Source: an uncultured Erysipelotrichaceae bacterium
Lineage (GTDB): Bacteria; Bacillota_I; Bacilli_A; RF39; UBA660
Reading direction: 5' to 3'
DNA length: 60,081 nt
Assembly (NCBI GenBank): GCA_902788735.1
Contig: CADALJ010000002.1
Span: 1-60,081, forward strand
Made by a program: the position numbers and the translations under genes. Below, piece after piece: positions 19,007 through 27,314 of this stretch. Each line of letters opens with the position of its first letter. Positions within the stretch are counted from its first letter, which is position 1. The notes below the pieces were generated by a model. It searched no databases. It saw nothing but the letters and a program-made list of their open reading frames with translations, and was not told where the DNA came from.

Positions 19007-19035
19007 ATTATATCTTTTTTTCAAGCTTTTTACAA
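19007..19035 (-). promoter_or_regulatory. Candidate sigma-A promoter of the essC operon
   Basis: TTGTAA, 17-nt spacer, TATAAT on the minus strand, about 40 nt upstream of the GTG. Confidence 0.4.
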
Positions 19036-19089
19036 TATTAATTTTAACCAAAAACTTGTTTTTCGCATAATTTATAATGGTGATATAAA

Positions 19090-19884
19090 ATGATTAGTTT
19101 TTTTAGTGAATTAAGTCCAATATATCAAGCTCTTATAGCTGGAATTTTTACTTTTTTAATTACTGTTTTAGGCTCTAGTTTAGTATTCTTTTTTAAGTCT
19201 GTTAATAAAAGTATTTTAGATGCTATGTTAGCTATATCTGCTGGTATTATGTTAGCTGCTTCTTTTTTCTCTTTATTAAATCCTGCTATTGAAATAGCTA
19301 ATGATTTAAAACTTCTTACTTGGTTAGTTGTATTTACTGGTTTTATTAGTGGTGGAATTTTATTATATATAGGTGATAAAGGATTAAGTTATTTAGAAAA
19401 ACGTGGAAAAAAGTCTATTAGTAAATTAAGAAGATCTATTATGTTGTTTTCTTCTATTACATTACATAATATTCCTGAAGGGTTAGTTTTAGGTGTTGCC
19501 TATGGTGCTGTGGCTTATAATTTTGATAGTGCTAGTTTAGTCGCTGCTATTACTTTAACTATTGGTATTGCTATTCAAAACTTTCCTGAAGGTAGTGCTA
19601 TAGCTTTACCAATGAGGCGAGATGGGCTTTCTTGTTTTAAATCATTTATTTTTGGTTCTATTAGTGCACTAGTTGAACCCTTATTTGCAGTTTTAGGTTC
19701 ATTATTAGTTTTAAAAATACAAGTATTTTTACCATTTGTTTTATCTTTAACTGCTGGTGCTATGGTATTTGTAATTACTATGGAGTTGATTCCTGAATCA
19801 CAGACAAATAAAAGAAAAGACCTAATGGCCTTATTCTTAATGTTAGGTTTTTCTATTATGATGATTTTGGAACTTGTTCTATAA
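19090..19884 (+). CDS. ZIP-family divalent metal transporter
   Basis: HNIPEGL and QNFPEGSA motifs. Eight hydrophobic segments. Confidence 0.85.
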   Translation: MISFFSELSPIYQALIAGIFTFLITVLGSSLVFFFKSVNKSILDAMLAISAGIMLAASFFSLLNPAIEIANDLKLLTWLVVFTGFISGGILLYIGDKGLSYLEKRGKKSISKLRRSIMLFSSITLHNIPEGLVLGVAYGAVAYNFDSASLVAAITLTIGIAIQNFPEGSAIALPMRRDGLSCFKSFIFGSISALVEPLFAVLGSLLVLKIQVFLPFVLSLTAGAMVFVITMELIPESQTNKRKDLMALFLMLGFSIMMILELVL

Positions 19885-20530
19885 TTAGTTTTTGATTTTC
19901 TTTTAAATATACCCCATATAAATCAGATTTTGGAGCTATGAATGTTTTTTTTAAAATTTCTTCTTTTTTACTATTATCAACATCATTAGTATTTTGACTA
20001 TTATTATCCACAGGTTTTGTGGATATTTTTTTGAAATTATATCCATAATTATCAATTATTTTTATACTGTCATCTATCCATAAACAATCTTCAGGAGCTT
20101 TACCATTATTAATACTCCAATAATTAGCACTATTTTTATGCCATCCTGTAGAAGTAAATTTACCTTTTCCACATTCTATATGACAATGTGCTCCTGTTGT
20201 ATTGCCTTTTGTTCCTTCACTATAAAATACTTCACCTTTATTAATTCTTTTACCTACAAATAAATCACTTACATCATTATCATGAGCAAACATAATAGTC
20301 ATATAATCAATAGTACCATCAGGATATTCTTGCTTATCTATACTCTCTAACCATACTTCATTAGCGTCATTAGAGTATATCTTTTTTATTATTCCTGTGA
20401 ATGGTGCATATATATTACTTATTCCTGTATCAATATCTGCATTATCTATTGCGAAGCTATCTTTATGAGTACCTTCATTATATCCTTGAGTTATTCTCAT
20501 ACATTTAGCTGGGAATAGTGGTTTTTCCAT
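19856..20530 (-). CDS. M23-like peptidoglycan metalloendopeptidase (endolysin-like)
   Basis: GTHKDSFAID and TTGAHCHIE match the H...D and HxH zinc motifs of M23/LytM. No signal peptide. ATG overlaps the holin stop by 1 nt. Confidence 0.6.
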   Translation of the reverse strand: MEKPLFPAKCMRITQGYNEGTHKDSFAIDNADIDTGISNIYAPFTGIIKKIYSNDANEVWLESIDKQEYPDGTIDYMTIMFAHDNDVSDLFVGKRINKGEVFYSEGTKGNTTGAHCHIECGKGKFTSTGWHKNSANYWSINNGKAPEDCLWIDDSIKIIDNYGYNFKKISTKPVDNNSQNTNDVDNSKKEEILKKTFIAPKSDLYGVYLKENQKLIIEQVPKSS

Positions 20531-20868
20531 TATTTATCCTCCTCATTTATAATATTATCTTTAGAAATAGTAATAGTTTTTCTATTTAATATATCACTAT
20601 ATGAACTTATTTTTCCTTCTAAAGATTTATAAATAGAATCGGCTCCTAAAAAAGAAAATAATCCAATCCATAAACTAGTAGGAAGTGTTACATCAGTAAA
20701 TGTTAGAGAAAAGACTATTCCAACTACCATATTAATAATAAATGAATAAAGCGTTATAAATTTACTACTTTTAAATAAAAACTTAGTTTTTTGAATTATA
20801 GCACAAGTAATAGCACTTAATGCTACTCCAATTATTATAAGTTCTTGTAAATACTCAATATGAAACAT
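20530..20868 (-). CDS. Holin-like three-TM small protein
   Basis: ATG at 20868 with a GAGGAGG RBS. Three TM helices and a charged C-terminal tail (NIINEEDK). Confidence 0.55.
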   Translation of the reverse strand: MFHIEYLQELIIIGVALSAITCAIIQKTKFLFKSSKFITLYSFIINMVVGIVFSLTFTDVTLPTSLWIGLFSFLGADSIYKSLEGKISSYSDILNRKTITISKDNIINEEDK

Positions 20869-20914
20869 ATAAACCTCCTCGTAATAATTTATGCATAATT
20901 TCCTTTTTTGCCAC

Positions 20915-20934
20915 AAAAAAAGAGGTTACCCTCT
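20915..20934 (-). terminator. Terminator upstream of the holin gene
   Basis: AGAGG-ttac-CCTCT hairpin followed by a T-run on the minus strand. Overlaps the stop at 20926. Confidence 0.5.
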
Positions 20935-21441
20935 TTTTACTATAACTCCATTTTGACAATGTTTATAGAATTCTAATGTATTTAATTTCTTTTCTGGTTT
21001 TTTATAATTATAAATATAAATTTCATTATTATCATAACCATTTTTTAATTCTAATTCAATGAAATGTTTTTTTACTTCTTCTAATAAACTTTCTTCACTA
21101 TCAAATTCTTTAATTCCTTTGTGCATATCCCATGCATGTTCAAACCAATAAAACTTATTATTATCTTCAAATGACATAGTAGTATGACATGGAAATTTTT
21201 TACCATCGTTATAAACTATAAAATATGATTTTATATCAATACCTTTTTCTTTGAAATAGTATCTTTCTAGTTCTACTTGATCCCAGCATACTCCAACTTT
21301 ACTTTTCATTACCTCTTCAGGAGTTTGTAGCATATACATTTCTATCATGTTTTCTAATTTTGTATGTGGATTACCTTCTTTATCTACCCAACCATACTTA
21401 ATTTCTTCCATTAATTGCATTATTTCTTTAGCGTATTCCAT
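20926..21441 (-). CDS. Possible transglutaminase-like cysteine peptidase fold protein
   Basis: KVGVCWDQVE (Cys), FPCHTTM (His) and FEHAWD spacing resembles a Cys-His-Asp transglutaminase core. Confidence 0.4.
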   Translation of the reverse strand: MEYAKEIMQLMEEIKYGWVDKEGNPHTKLENMIEMYMLQTPEEVMKSKVGVCWDQVELERYYFKEKGIDIKSYFIVYNDGKKFPCHTTMSFEDNNKFYWFEHAWDMHKGIKEFDSEESLLEEVKKHFIELELKNGYDNNEIYIYNYKKPEKKLNTLEFYKHCQNGVIVKRG

Positions 21442-21450
21442 ATATTTCTC

Positions 21451-22032
21451 CTATCTAAAATTTATCTTCCATAATAAATTACTACCATTATTGGTATACA
21501 TTGTTTTAAAGCTGATAATAAAATCTATTATTAATGCTAACAATATCAATATTACTACAAATAGAGGTATTTTATCTACTATTTTATTTATTTTATTTCG
21601 TAATGGTAAAAATATATAATTCATAAAAACTGTTATTATAAGTGCAAAACCAATTGATGTTGGAACTGAAGTATACTTAGTTACATGAAGAGGTATACTT
21701 GTATAATCCCAGTAACTAAATCCACCTGTTTTTTCTACAAATAGTCCAAGTAATAATTCACCAATAGAAACTAATACAAAACATATTAAAAAGTATATAA
21801 TAGTTCCTTTAGTTTTCTTTAGTTCTATTTTATTAAATAGGTTATTAGGTGTACCTATTATATAATATAGAGCTACCGCAAATAATCCATATCCTAATAG
21901 ACATGGTAAATACATATTACGATTATCTAAATAACCATGTCTAAATATCATCCATATATCCTCTAGGCAAAAACCTATAAAAGATAATATGGTAAGCATA
22001 ATTATATCAGTCTTTATAGTCTTTGACTTCAT
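21451..22032 (-). CDS. Multi-pass membrane protein, same DUF1113-like family as 133..741
   Basis: SFIGFCLEDIWMIF plus five or six TM helices. Confidence 0.5.
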   Translation of the reverse strand: MKSKTIKTDIIMLTILSFIGFCLEDIWMIFRHGYLDNRNMYLPCLLGYGLFAVALYYIIGTPNNLFNKIELKKTKGTIIYFLICFVLVSIGELLLGLFVEKTGGFSYWDYTSIPLHVTKYTSVPTSIGFALIITVFMNYIFLPLRNKINKIVDKIPLFVVILILLALIIDFIISFKTMYTNNGSNLLWKINFR

Positions 22033-22033
22033 A

Positions 22034-23023
22034 CTACCACCTATTACTTTTAATTATTAATTTATCTATCTTTTTAGCATATCCTCCTATAGGAAATGTA
22101 AAAATAGGAGTTGTATGTCCAAAATCAGCATTAAGTATTATAGGAATATTTTCTAATTCTTTTTTTGTTTTAAAAATAGTTTTCCATTTATCTATGTTCA
22201 TTTTATTGGATACTTGTGCTCTTCCTACTACAATTCCATTTATCTTTTTACCTTTTAGGGAATGTAGTAAGGATTGAAGATTTCTATCAAATTCTCTTGT
22301 GTAATCTTTACCAGCCATTTCATCATCTTCTATAAATAAAACTATGTTGTCATCATTAGGCATATAGCTAGTTCCTTGAAGTAAATTTAAAGTACATAAA
22401 TTGCCACCAATAATGGTACCTTCAAAGTTACCTTTATTGATTTCTATCATTCCTTCATTTTTAAACATTTTTCTATTTTCTTGATCAATAAACCAATGAT
22501 CATCACTCCACTCTTTTGATGAAGTAATTTCTATTTCATTATCTTCAATAAACATCTTTTTAAAATACTCTATTGTGTATTCACAACCTTTTAACATACC
22601 AAAACTAGAATAATGAGGACCACTATAAGTAACTAATCCTGTTTTAGCATATATTGCATTTGCAAGAGCTGTAATATCTGAAAATCCACATAGTATTTTA
22701 GGATTTTCCTTAATCAAGTTATAATCTATATAGTCTAATATTTGATTAACATTAAACCCTCCTATTACTGTAAGAATTGCTTTTACATTTTTATCTTTAA
22801 AAGCATCGTGTAAATCTTCTATTCTATCTTCTATAGTTGCACAGGAATATTCTTTATCAAATACTTTTGAAACGTTTTTTCCAAATGTTACTTTAAAGCC
22901 CATTTTTTCTAATCTAGAAGTGGCTATTTTAATTGTTTCTTCACTTAATAGATTCATACTTCTAGATGGGGCAATTACTCTAATTTCATCACCTTTTTTT
23001 AATTTTTCTGGAATTATACTCAT
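22034..23023 (-). CDS. S66 LD-carboxypeptidase (LdcA/MccF family)
   Basis: IRVIAPSRS, GGFNVNQIL, the CGFSDITAL nucleophile motif and C-terminal DFGHTTP. Confidence 0.88.
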   Translation of the reverse strand: MSIIPEKLKKGDEIRVIAPSRSMNLLSEETIKIATSRLEKMGFKVTFGKNVSKVFDKEYSCATIEDRIEDLHDAFKDKNVKAILTVIGGFNVNQILDYIDYNLIKENPKILCGFSDITALANAIYAKTGLVTYSGPHYSSFGMLKGCEYTIEYFKKMFIEDNEIEITSSKEWSDDHWFIDQENRKMFKNEGMIEINKGNFEGTIIGGNLCTLNLLQGTSYMPNDDNIVLFIEDDEMAGKDYTREFDRNLQSLLHSLKGKKINGIVVGRAQVSNKMNIDKWKTIFKTKKELENIPIILNADFGHTTPIFTFPIGGYAKKIDKLIIKSNRW

Positions 23024-23065
23024 ATTATCACTTCCTAATCTTATTATTATTTCCTAATGTTATTC

Positions 23066-23761
23066 CTAAAATAAGAATGATTCATCTATTATTCTTTCTC
23101 CATTTCTTAGAATACTACTACTATTTAATATCATTCTTCGAATACCTTCAAAACCTAGCCTGTCATATAAATTTTTAATGGCTAATAAACTCAAGTCATA
23201 TCCGTTGTATTCATCATTTTTAAAACTATCTCCATGAGTTAAATTATTTAATTCAGGTATTACTTTAGTTTCAGACTTTACTTTATTAAACCATTCACTA
23301 AAACCTTCATTTAATTCATAATCTTTTTCACCAGAAAAGAACTGAGCACATCCTTCATCAAACCAAGTAAAATATTCTTGTCTAGTCTTAAATATTATTA
23401 ATTCATGATACATAATATGGAATAATTCATGAGCTGCTAGGCACTTTCTTTTTCTAAAAATTGGTGTTCCTTCTTTTATACTAGGATCTATATAAGCTAT
23501 TATCATACCATCGGCACCTGTACCTACAGCATACTTTGGTAGAGATTCTTTTTCTCCTCTTAATTCATATACATAGTTTCTAAATGATTCTTTATTATCA
23601 AAATAATGTATTTCTACTTTTCTAAAATCAGAAACATCAAATAGTTTTTTATATAATTCTAATGATTCTTTTATATTATTTTCTAAATCTTTAAATACAT
23701 GTTTTAAACTATCAGGTGCATATAATACAAAATTCTTATTATCAAATTGTAGTTTTTCCAT
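23066..23761 (-). CDS. Putative MA-clan (gluzincin) metallopeptidase
   Basis: HELFH followed about 20 residues later by WFDEGCAQFF, as in M1-type HExxH..E sites. Confidence 0.5.
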   Translation of the reverse strand: MEKLQFDNKNFVLYAPDSLKHVFKDLENNIKESLELYKKLFDVSDFRKVEIHYFDNKESFRNYVYELRGEKESLPKYAVGTGADGMIIAYIDPSIKEGTPIFRKRKCLAAHELFHIMYHELIIFKTRQEYFTWFDEGCAQFFSGEKDYELNEGFSEWFNKVKSETKVIPELNNLTHGDSFKNDEYNGYDLSLLAIKNLYDRLGFEGIRRMILNSSSILRNGERIIDESFLF

Positions 23762-23786
23762 AATACCACCTATTTCATTATAACAT

Positions 23787-23811
23787 AAAAAAAGTTCGAA
23801 TATCGAACTTT
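23787..23811 (-). terminator. Intrinsic terminator after ORF 23810..24619
   Basis: AAAGTTCGA-ata-TCGAACTTT 9-bp stem followed by a T-run on the minus strand. Confidence 0.6.
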
Positions 23812-24619
23812 ATATTTTATATAATATGAATGTTAATAGGATGGTAGCTAAATTCGCTACTAATGTGTAAATAGTAGTTTTAGCTTTACTAATATTTTTA
23901 AATCTTAGTAAGTATACTAATAATTCAGCACCAATTACTAATACTTCTCCAATTATAAATACTACTATATAGTTATTTGTGAATATTAATAATAGTGTTT
24001 GTAGTAATACATTTGAAATTAAGTTAGTTATAGCTATTGTAGTATAGTTTCCTGTCTTAAATAATAAAGCTATTAATAATTCTACTACTATAGTTAGAAT
24101 TAATGCTAGTCCTATTACAATAATCATTTTTACTATATTTATATTAGTTTCAACTACTTTCATATCTTTATAATCTACTGTAACTTCACTATTAAATTCT
24201 TTTCTTACTATTTTCTTAGATATTTTTACTTCACCAGTATCTTTGTTTATAATAACAATTTTATATACTTCCGGAGTACCAAAATACCCAAAACCATTTT
24301 CATGTTCAGCATTACCTTTACAATCTGAGAATAAAATAAGTCCAGCTCTAGTAGATGCTGAAATCCAACCATCATAGTTTAATTTATATAGTTCTTGTAT
24401 TTCATCATCTGTTAAACCAGGGTCACCCCAAACAGCTGGTCCTTCATCTTTTTTAGCTTTTTCTTTATCATAGACAAATAAATCTATTATATAATTTTTT
24501 GTTTTTAAATTCTTAATTTTTATATCTATAGATGGTTTTGGTCCTTCATCTGCGAATACATTAGTTGGGATCGCAATAATGCTTATCACTAATAATAAAA
24601 ATATTAATATTTTTTTCAT
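23810..24619 (-). CDS. Secreted-domain plus four-TM membrane protein, unknown function
   Basis: Signal peptide (IAIPTNVFADE), an extracellular region of about 150 aa, and a hydrophobic C-terminal half. Confidence 0.5.
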   Translation of the reverse strand: MKKILIFLLLVISIIAIPTNVFADEGPKPSIDIKIKNLKTKNYIIDLFVYDKEKAKKDEGPAVWGDPGLTDDEIQELYKLNYDGWISASTRAGLILFSDCKGNAEHENGFGYFGTPEVYKIVIINKDTGEVKISKKIVRKEFNSEVTVDYKDMKVVETNINIVKMIIVIGLALILTIVVELLIALLFKTGNYTTIAITNLISNVLLQTLLLIFTNNYIVVFIIGEVLVIGAELLVYLLRFKNISKAKTTIYTLVANLATILLTFILYKI

Positions 24620-24628
24620 AATAATCTC

Positions 24629-24874
24629 CTATTTATTACAAGATATGATATATCTTTTGTTTAGGATAACTCTATCTAAATTTTCTTTATATTTGCTTAT
24701 ACTTCCTCCAAAAATACCTTTTTGAAAATTTAACATTAAATATGCAATATCTGTATTAGTCATTTCAATTGAATATTCTGTTTCTTTTGCTAAGACACCT
24801 GAATACTCTAATACGTTATCCCCTCTTGAAGCTACTACTACTGTAACTCTTTCTCCAATTAAATCTTTATACAT
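24629..24874 (-). CDS. Hypothetical 81-aa protein (possibly Sm-like fold)
   Basis: LIGERVTVVVASRGDNVLEYSGVL pattern. The assignment is weak. Confidence 0.35.
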   Translation of the reverse strand: MYKDLIGERVTVVVASRGDNVLEYSGVLAKETEYSIEMTNTDIAYLMLNFQKGIFGGSISKYKENLDRVILNKRYIISCNK

Positions 24875-25370
24875 TTGTACCCCTTTCTAGTTTCTTCATC
24901 TTTTTCTTTTGCTCTTCTGGTATTGCTATTGCAAAAAGATTATTATATTTTTCCATTGTATTATACTTATCAAATTGATGTGCTACTCTATAATAATATC
25001 TACCATAACCTTTTTTTGTATATAATATTCTAGATGATAATAAGTCTTGTGCTCTACCCACTCTACTAGGATTTAAAGCTTCATCATCATAATACACACA
25101 ATAGTCTGTTGAAATACGAAGTTCTCCACCTATTTTTTCTTTTTCTATTTCTTGTTTTTGCTTTTTATTAGTTTTTTCAATTTTTTCTTCTAATTCATCA
25201 ATTGTTTCATAACTACTACTTACTATTACTAAATTATAGAAATTTTCATTTTCTATTGTAAACGGAAGTAGATAAATACACTCTATATCTTCATTCTTTT
25301 TATACTTAGTTACTATTTTAGCTACTGTTGTGATTAAGTTTTTATTTTGTTCTCTTGTTATATTGCTCAT
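24867..25370 (-). CDS. Hypothetical 167-aa protein
   Basis: Its stop overlaps the start of the next ORF (24629..24874) by 8 nt. No motif recognised. Confidence 0.45.
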   Translation of the reverse strand: MSNITREQNKNLITTVAKIVTKYKKNEDIECIYLLPFTIENENFYNLVIVSSSYETIDELEEKIEKTNKKQKQEIEKEKIGGELRISTDYCVYYDDEALNPSRVGRAQDLLSSRILYTKKGYGRYYYRVAHQFDKYNTMEKYNNLFAIAIPEEQKKKMKKLERGTNV

Positions 25371-25428
25371 TTGCGCAATCTCCTTTTATTACTGTATATA
25401 CTAACATAATTAGTTTTTTTAGTAAATA

Positions 25429-26103
25429 CTAATTAATTTTTCTTAATGTTAAAACATGCCAGTTTTTTTGTTCTTTACCGCCTTCATTATGGTATTCTTC
25501 TATTTCAAATAAATCTTTTCTTAGATTATCAATATCTTCTTTACTGAAGTAGGCATAAAATCTTTTTTCATTCGTTTGTTTATCTTCTAGAATCTTATAA
25601 TTATATTTTGTTCCATTAGGTAGAAGTTCTGCTTCAGGATGAACTTCTGAATTTTGAAAATTAATTATAAATAAACCATTATCTGATAATCCGTTATATA
25701 CAACATCAAATAATTTTTTCATATCATCCATGTCTAAATGAGGATTTCTCCATGATACTATAAGATCTGCTTTAAAATCAAAAATATCATCATAGTTATC
25801 TATTAAAAAATTATACTTCTTTACTTTATTAATCCCAATTCTATTTTGCTCTTTTAGGAAATCATCAACAATGTCTGTAGCAACTACATCGTATCCTGCT
25901 GATTGAAGCATAAAAGCAAGTTGTCCACAACCACTACCAAATTCAATAATTCTTTTTGTCTTGTCCCTTTTTATTTGATTTTCAACATAATTAAATAATC
26001 TTTCCCATTTTTCTATTTCAGGGTCTATTTCATTATGCCCTATATATTCTTGTGCTCCGCCAGAACTATACATATTTATTGTATTTATATTGTGTTCACT
26101 CAT
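25429..26103 (-). CDS. Class I SAM-dependent methyltransferase
   Basis: Motif I IIEFGSGCGQLAFML followed by acidic VVATDI. Confidence 0.75.
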   Translation of the reverse strand: MSEHNINTINMYSSGGAQEYIGHNEIDPEIEKWERLFNYVENQIKRDKTKRIIEFGSGCGQLAFMLQSAGYDVVATDIVDDFLKEQNRIGINKVKKYNFLIDNYDDIFDFKADLIVSWRNPHLDMDDMKKLFDVVYNGLSDNGLFIINFQNSEVHPEAELLPNGTKYNYKILEDKQTNEKRFYAYFSKEDIDNLRKDLFEIEEYHNEGGKEQKNWHVLTLRKIN

Positions 26104-26143
26104 AATATCTCTCCATAATTATTATATCACATATTTTTTATAA

Positions 26144-26169
26144 ACAAAAAAGCACACTTTTGTGTGCTT
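26144..26169 (-). terminator. Intrinsic terminator after rpsI
   Basis: AAGCACAC-tttt-GTGTGCTT hairpin followed by a T-run on the minus strand. Confidence 0.7.
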
Positions 26170-26187
26170 GAAACTTTTGAATAAATA

Positions 26188-26613
26188 TTAACGTTTTGAG
26201 AATTGTGGAGCACGACGTGCTTTCTTTAATCCTGGTTTCTTACGTTCTTTCTTACGAGAATCTCTAGTAATGAATCCTGCAACTTTAAGAGTTTTTCTAA
26301 AACTATTTTCTGAATCAGCTGGAGTAGTTTTATCATAATCTAATAAAGCTCTAGTGATTCCTAAACGGATAGCTCCTGTTTGTCCTTGGAAACCTCCACC
26401 TTTAACTTGAGCATCAACATCAAACATTTCGTTTGTATTAGTTAATACTAAAGGTTGAGTTAAATCCATAACACAAATTTCAGAAGGGAAATATTCATGT
26501 ACATCTTTTCCGTTTACTGTAATTTTTCCTTTACCTGGAGTTAATGTAACTCTAGCTACACTAGTCTTTCTGTGACCAGTTCCAGTATAAACGTTTTTCT
26601 TTTCTTTTGCCAT
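26188..26613 (-). CDS. rpsI: 30S ribosomal protein S9
   Basis: [41 protein letters not shown]. Confidence 0.97.
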   Translation of the reverse strand: MAKEKKNVYTGTGHRKTSVARVTLTPGKGKITVNGKDVHEYFPSEICVMDLTQPLVLTNTNEMFDVDAQVKGGGFQGQTGAIRLGITRALLDYDKTTPADSENSFRKTLKVAGFITRDSRKKERKKPGLKKARRAPQFSKR

Positions 26614-26626
26614 TTCTTAAACCCTC

Positions 26627-27058
26627 CTATTTAACTTCAAGCACTTCTGGTTTTTGTGCTTGTTGTTTGTGATCAGCACCAGCATATACAAATAATTTTT
26701 TGTACATTTGTCTTCCAAGTCTATTGTGAGGTAACATACCTTTAACAGCTCTTTCGATCATTTCTTCTGGATACTCTTCTCTCATTGTTCTTGCAGTTCT
26801 TTCTCTTAATCCACCAGTGTATTGAGAGTGATTATAATACATTTTATCATCTAATTTGTTACCAGTTAAATTAACTTTACTAGCATTAATGATAATAATG
26901 AAATCACCACAATCAATGTTTGGTGTGTAAGTTGGTTTGTTTTTTCCACGTAAGTAAGTTGCAGCTAATGTAGCAACTCTACCTAAAGATTTTCCTTCAG
27001 CGTCAATAACATACCATTTTCTTTCAACAGTTTCTTTTTTTTGCATATAACTTGTCAT
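26627..27058 (-). CDS. rplM: 50S ribosomal protein L13
   Basis: [30 protein letters not shown] at 27058 with an AAGGAG RBS. The track ORF extension to 27163 is leader sequence. Confidence 0.95.
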   Translation of the reverse strand: MTSYMQKKETVERKWYVIDAEGKSLGRVATLAATYLRGKNKPTYTPNIDCGDFIIIINASKVNLTGNKLDDKMYYNHSQYTGGLRERTARTMREEYPEEMIERAVKGMLPHNRLGRQMYKKLFVYAGADHKQQAQKPEVLEVK

Positions 27059-27128
27059 ATTTTTTTCTCCTTTTACTTCAACTAGTTTTTCCCAGGAACT
27101 AGTTAAGGTGGGATATTTGAATGTACCA
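27059..27128 (-). promoter_or_regulatory. rplM 5-prime leader with hairpin (possible L13-type autoregulatory leader)
   Basis: Two copies of the palindrome AACTAGTT (27080..27087 and 27097..27104) can form an 8-bp stem just upstream of the RBS. Confidence 0.3.
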
Positions 27129-27134
27129 GTTAGA

Positions 27135-27163
27135 ATTATACTAAAAAATGGATTAAAAATCAA
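27135..27163 (-). promoter_or_regulatory. Candidate sigma-A promoter of rplM-rpsI
   Basis: TTGATT, 17-nt spacer, TATAAT on the minus strand. Confidence 0.45.
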
Positions 27164-27314
27164 TACTTTTTTGTTATTTTATAATGTTTTACGCTATTTT
27201 ATTTTTTTAATAATGTGTCAAAAAAATGAATATTGGTAAAACTTTACAGTTATTTTTATTATAATAAAGTTTTTCTTCTTTTTTATGCTATTATAATAGT
27301 ATATGGAGTATATT

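Noticed and set aside
19856-21441. Possible prophage
   Set aside because: Only a holin-like gene and an M23 peptidase are present. No structural, replication, integrase or repressor genes and no att-like repeats are visible, so I report it as an orphan cassette instead.
23777-23785. TGTTATAAT extended -10-like motif upstream of ORF 23066..23761
   Set aside because: It lies only about 15 nt from the start codon, so a transcript from it would lack the AGGTGG RBS. It probably reflects the common T-run plus ATGTTATAAT sequence context.
27059-27163. N-terminal 35-codon extension of the rplM track ORF (TTG start)
   Set aside because: The conserved L13 N-terminus begins at the ATG at 27058, which has an AAGGAG RBS. 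The extension covers the promoter and leader.
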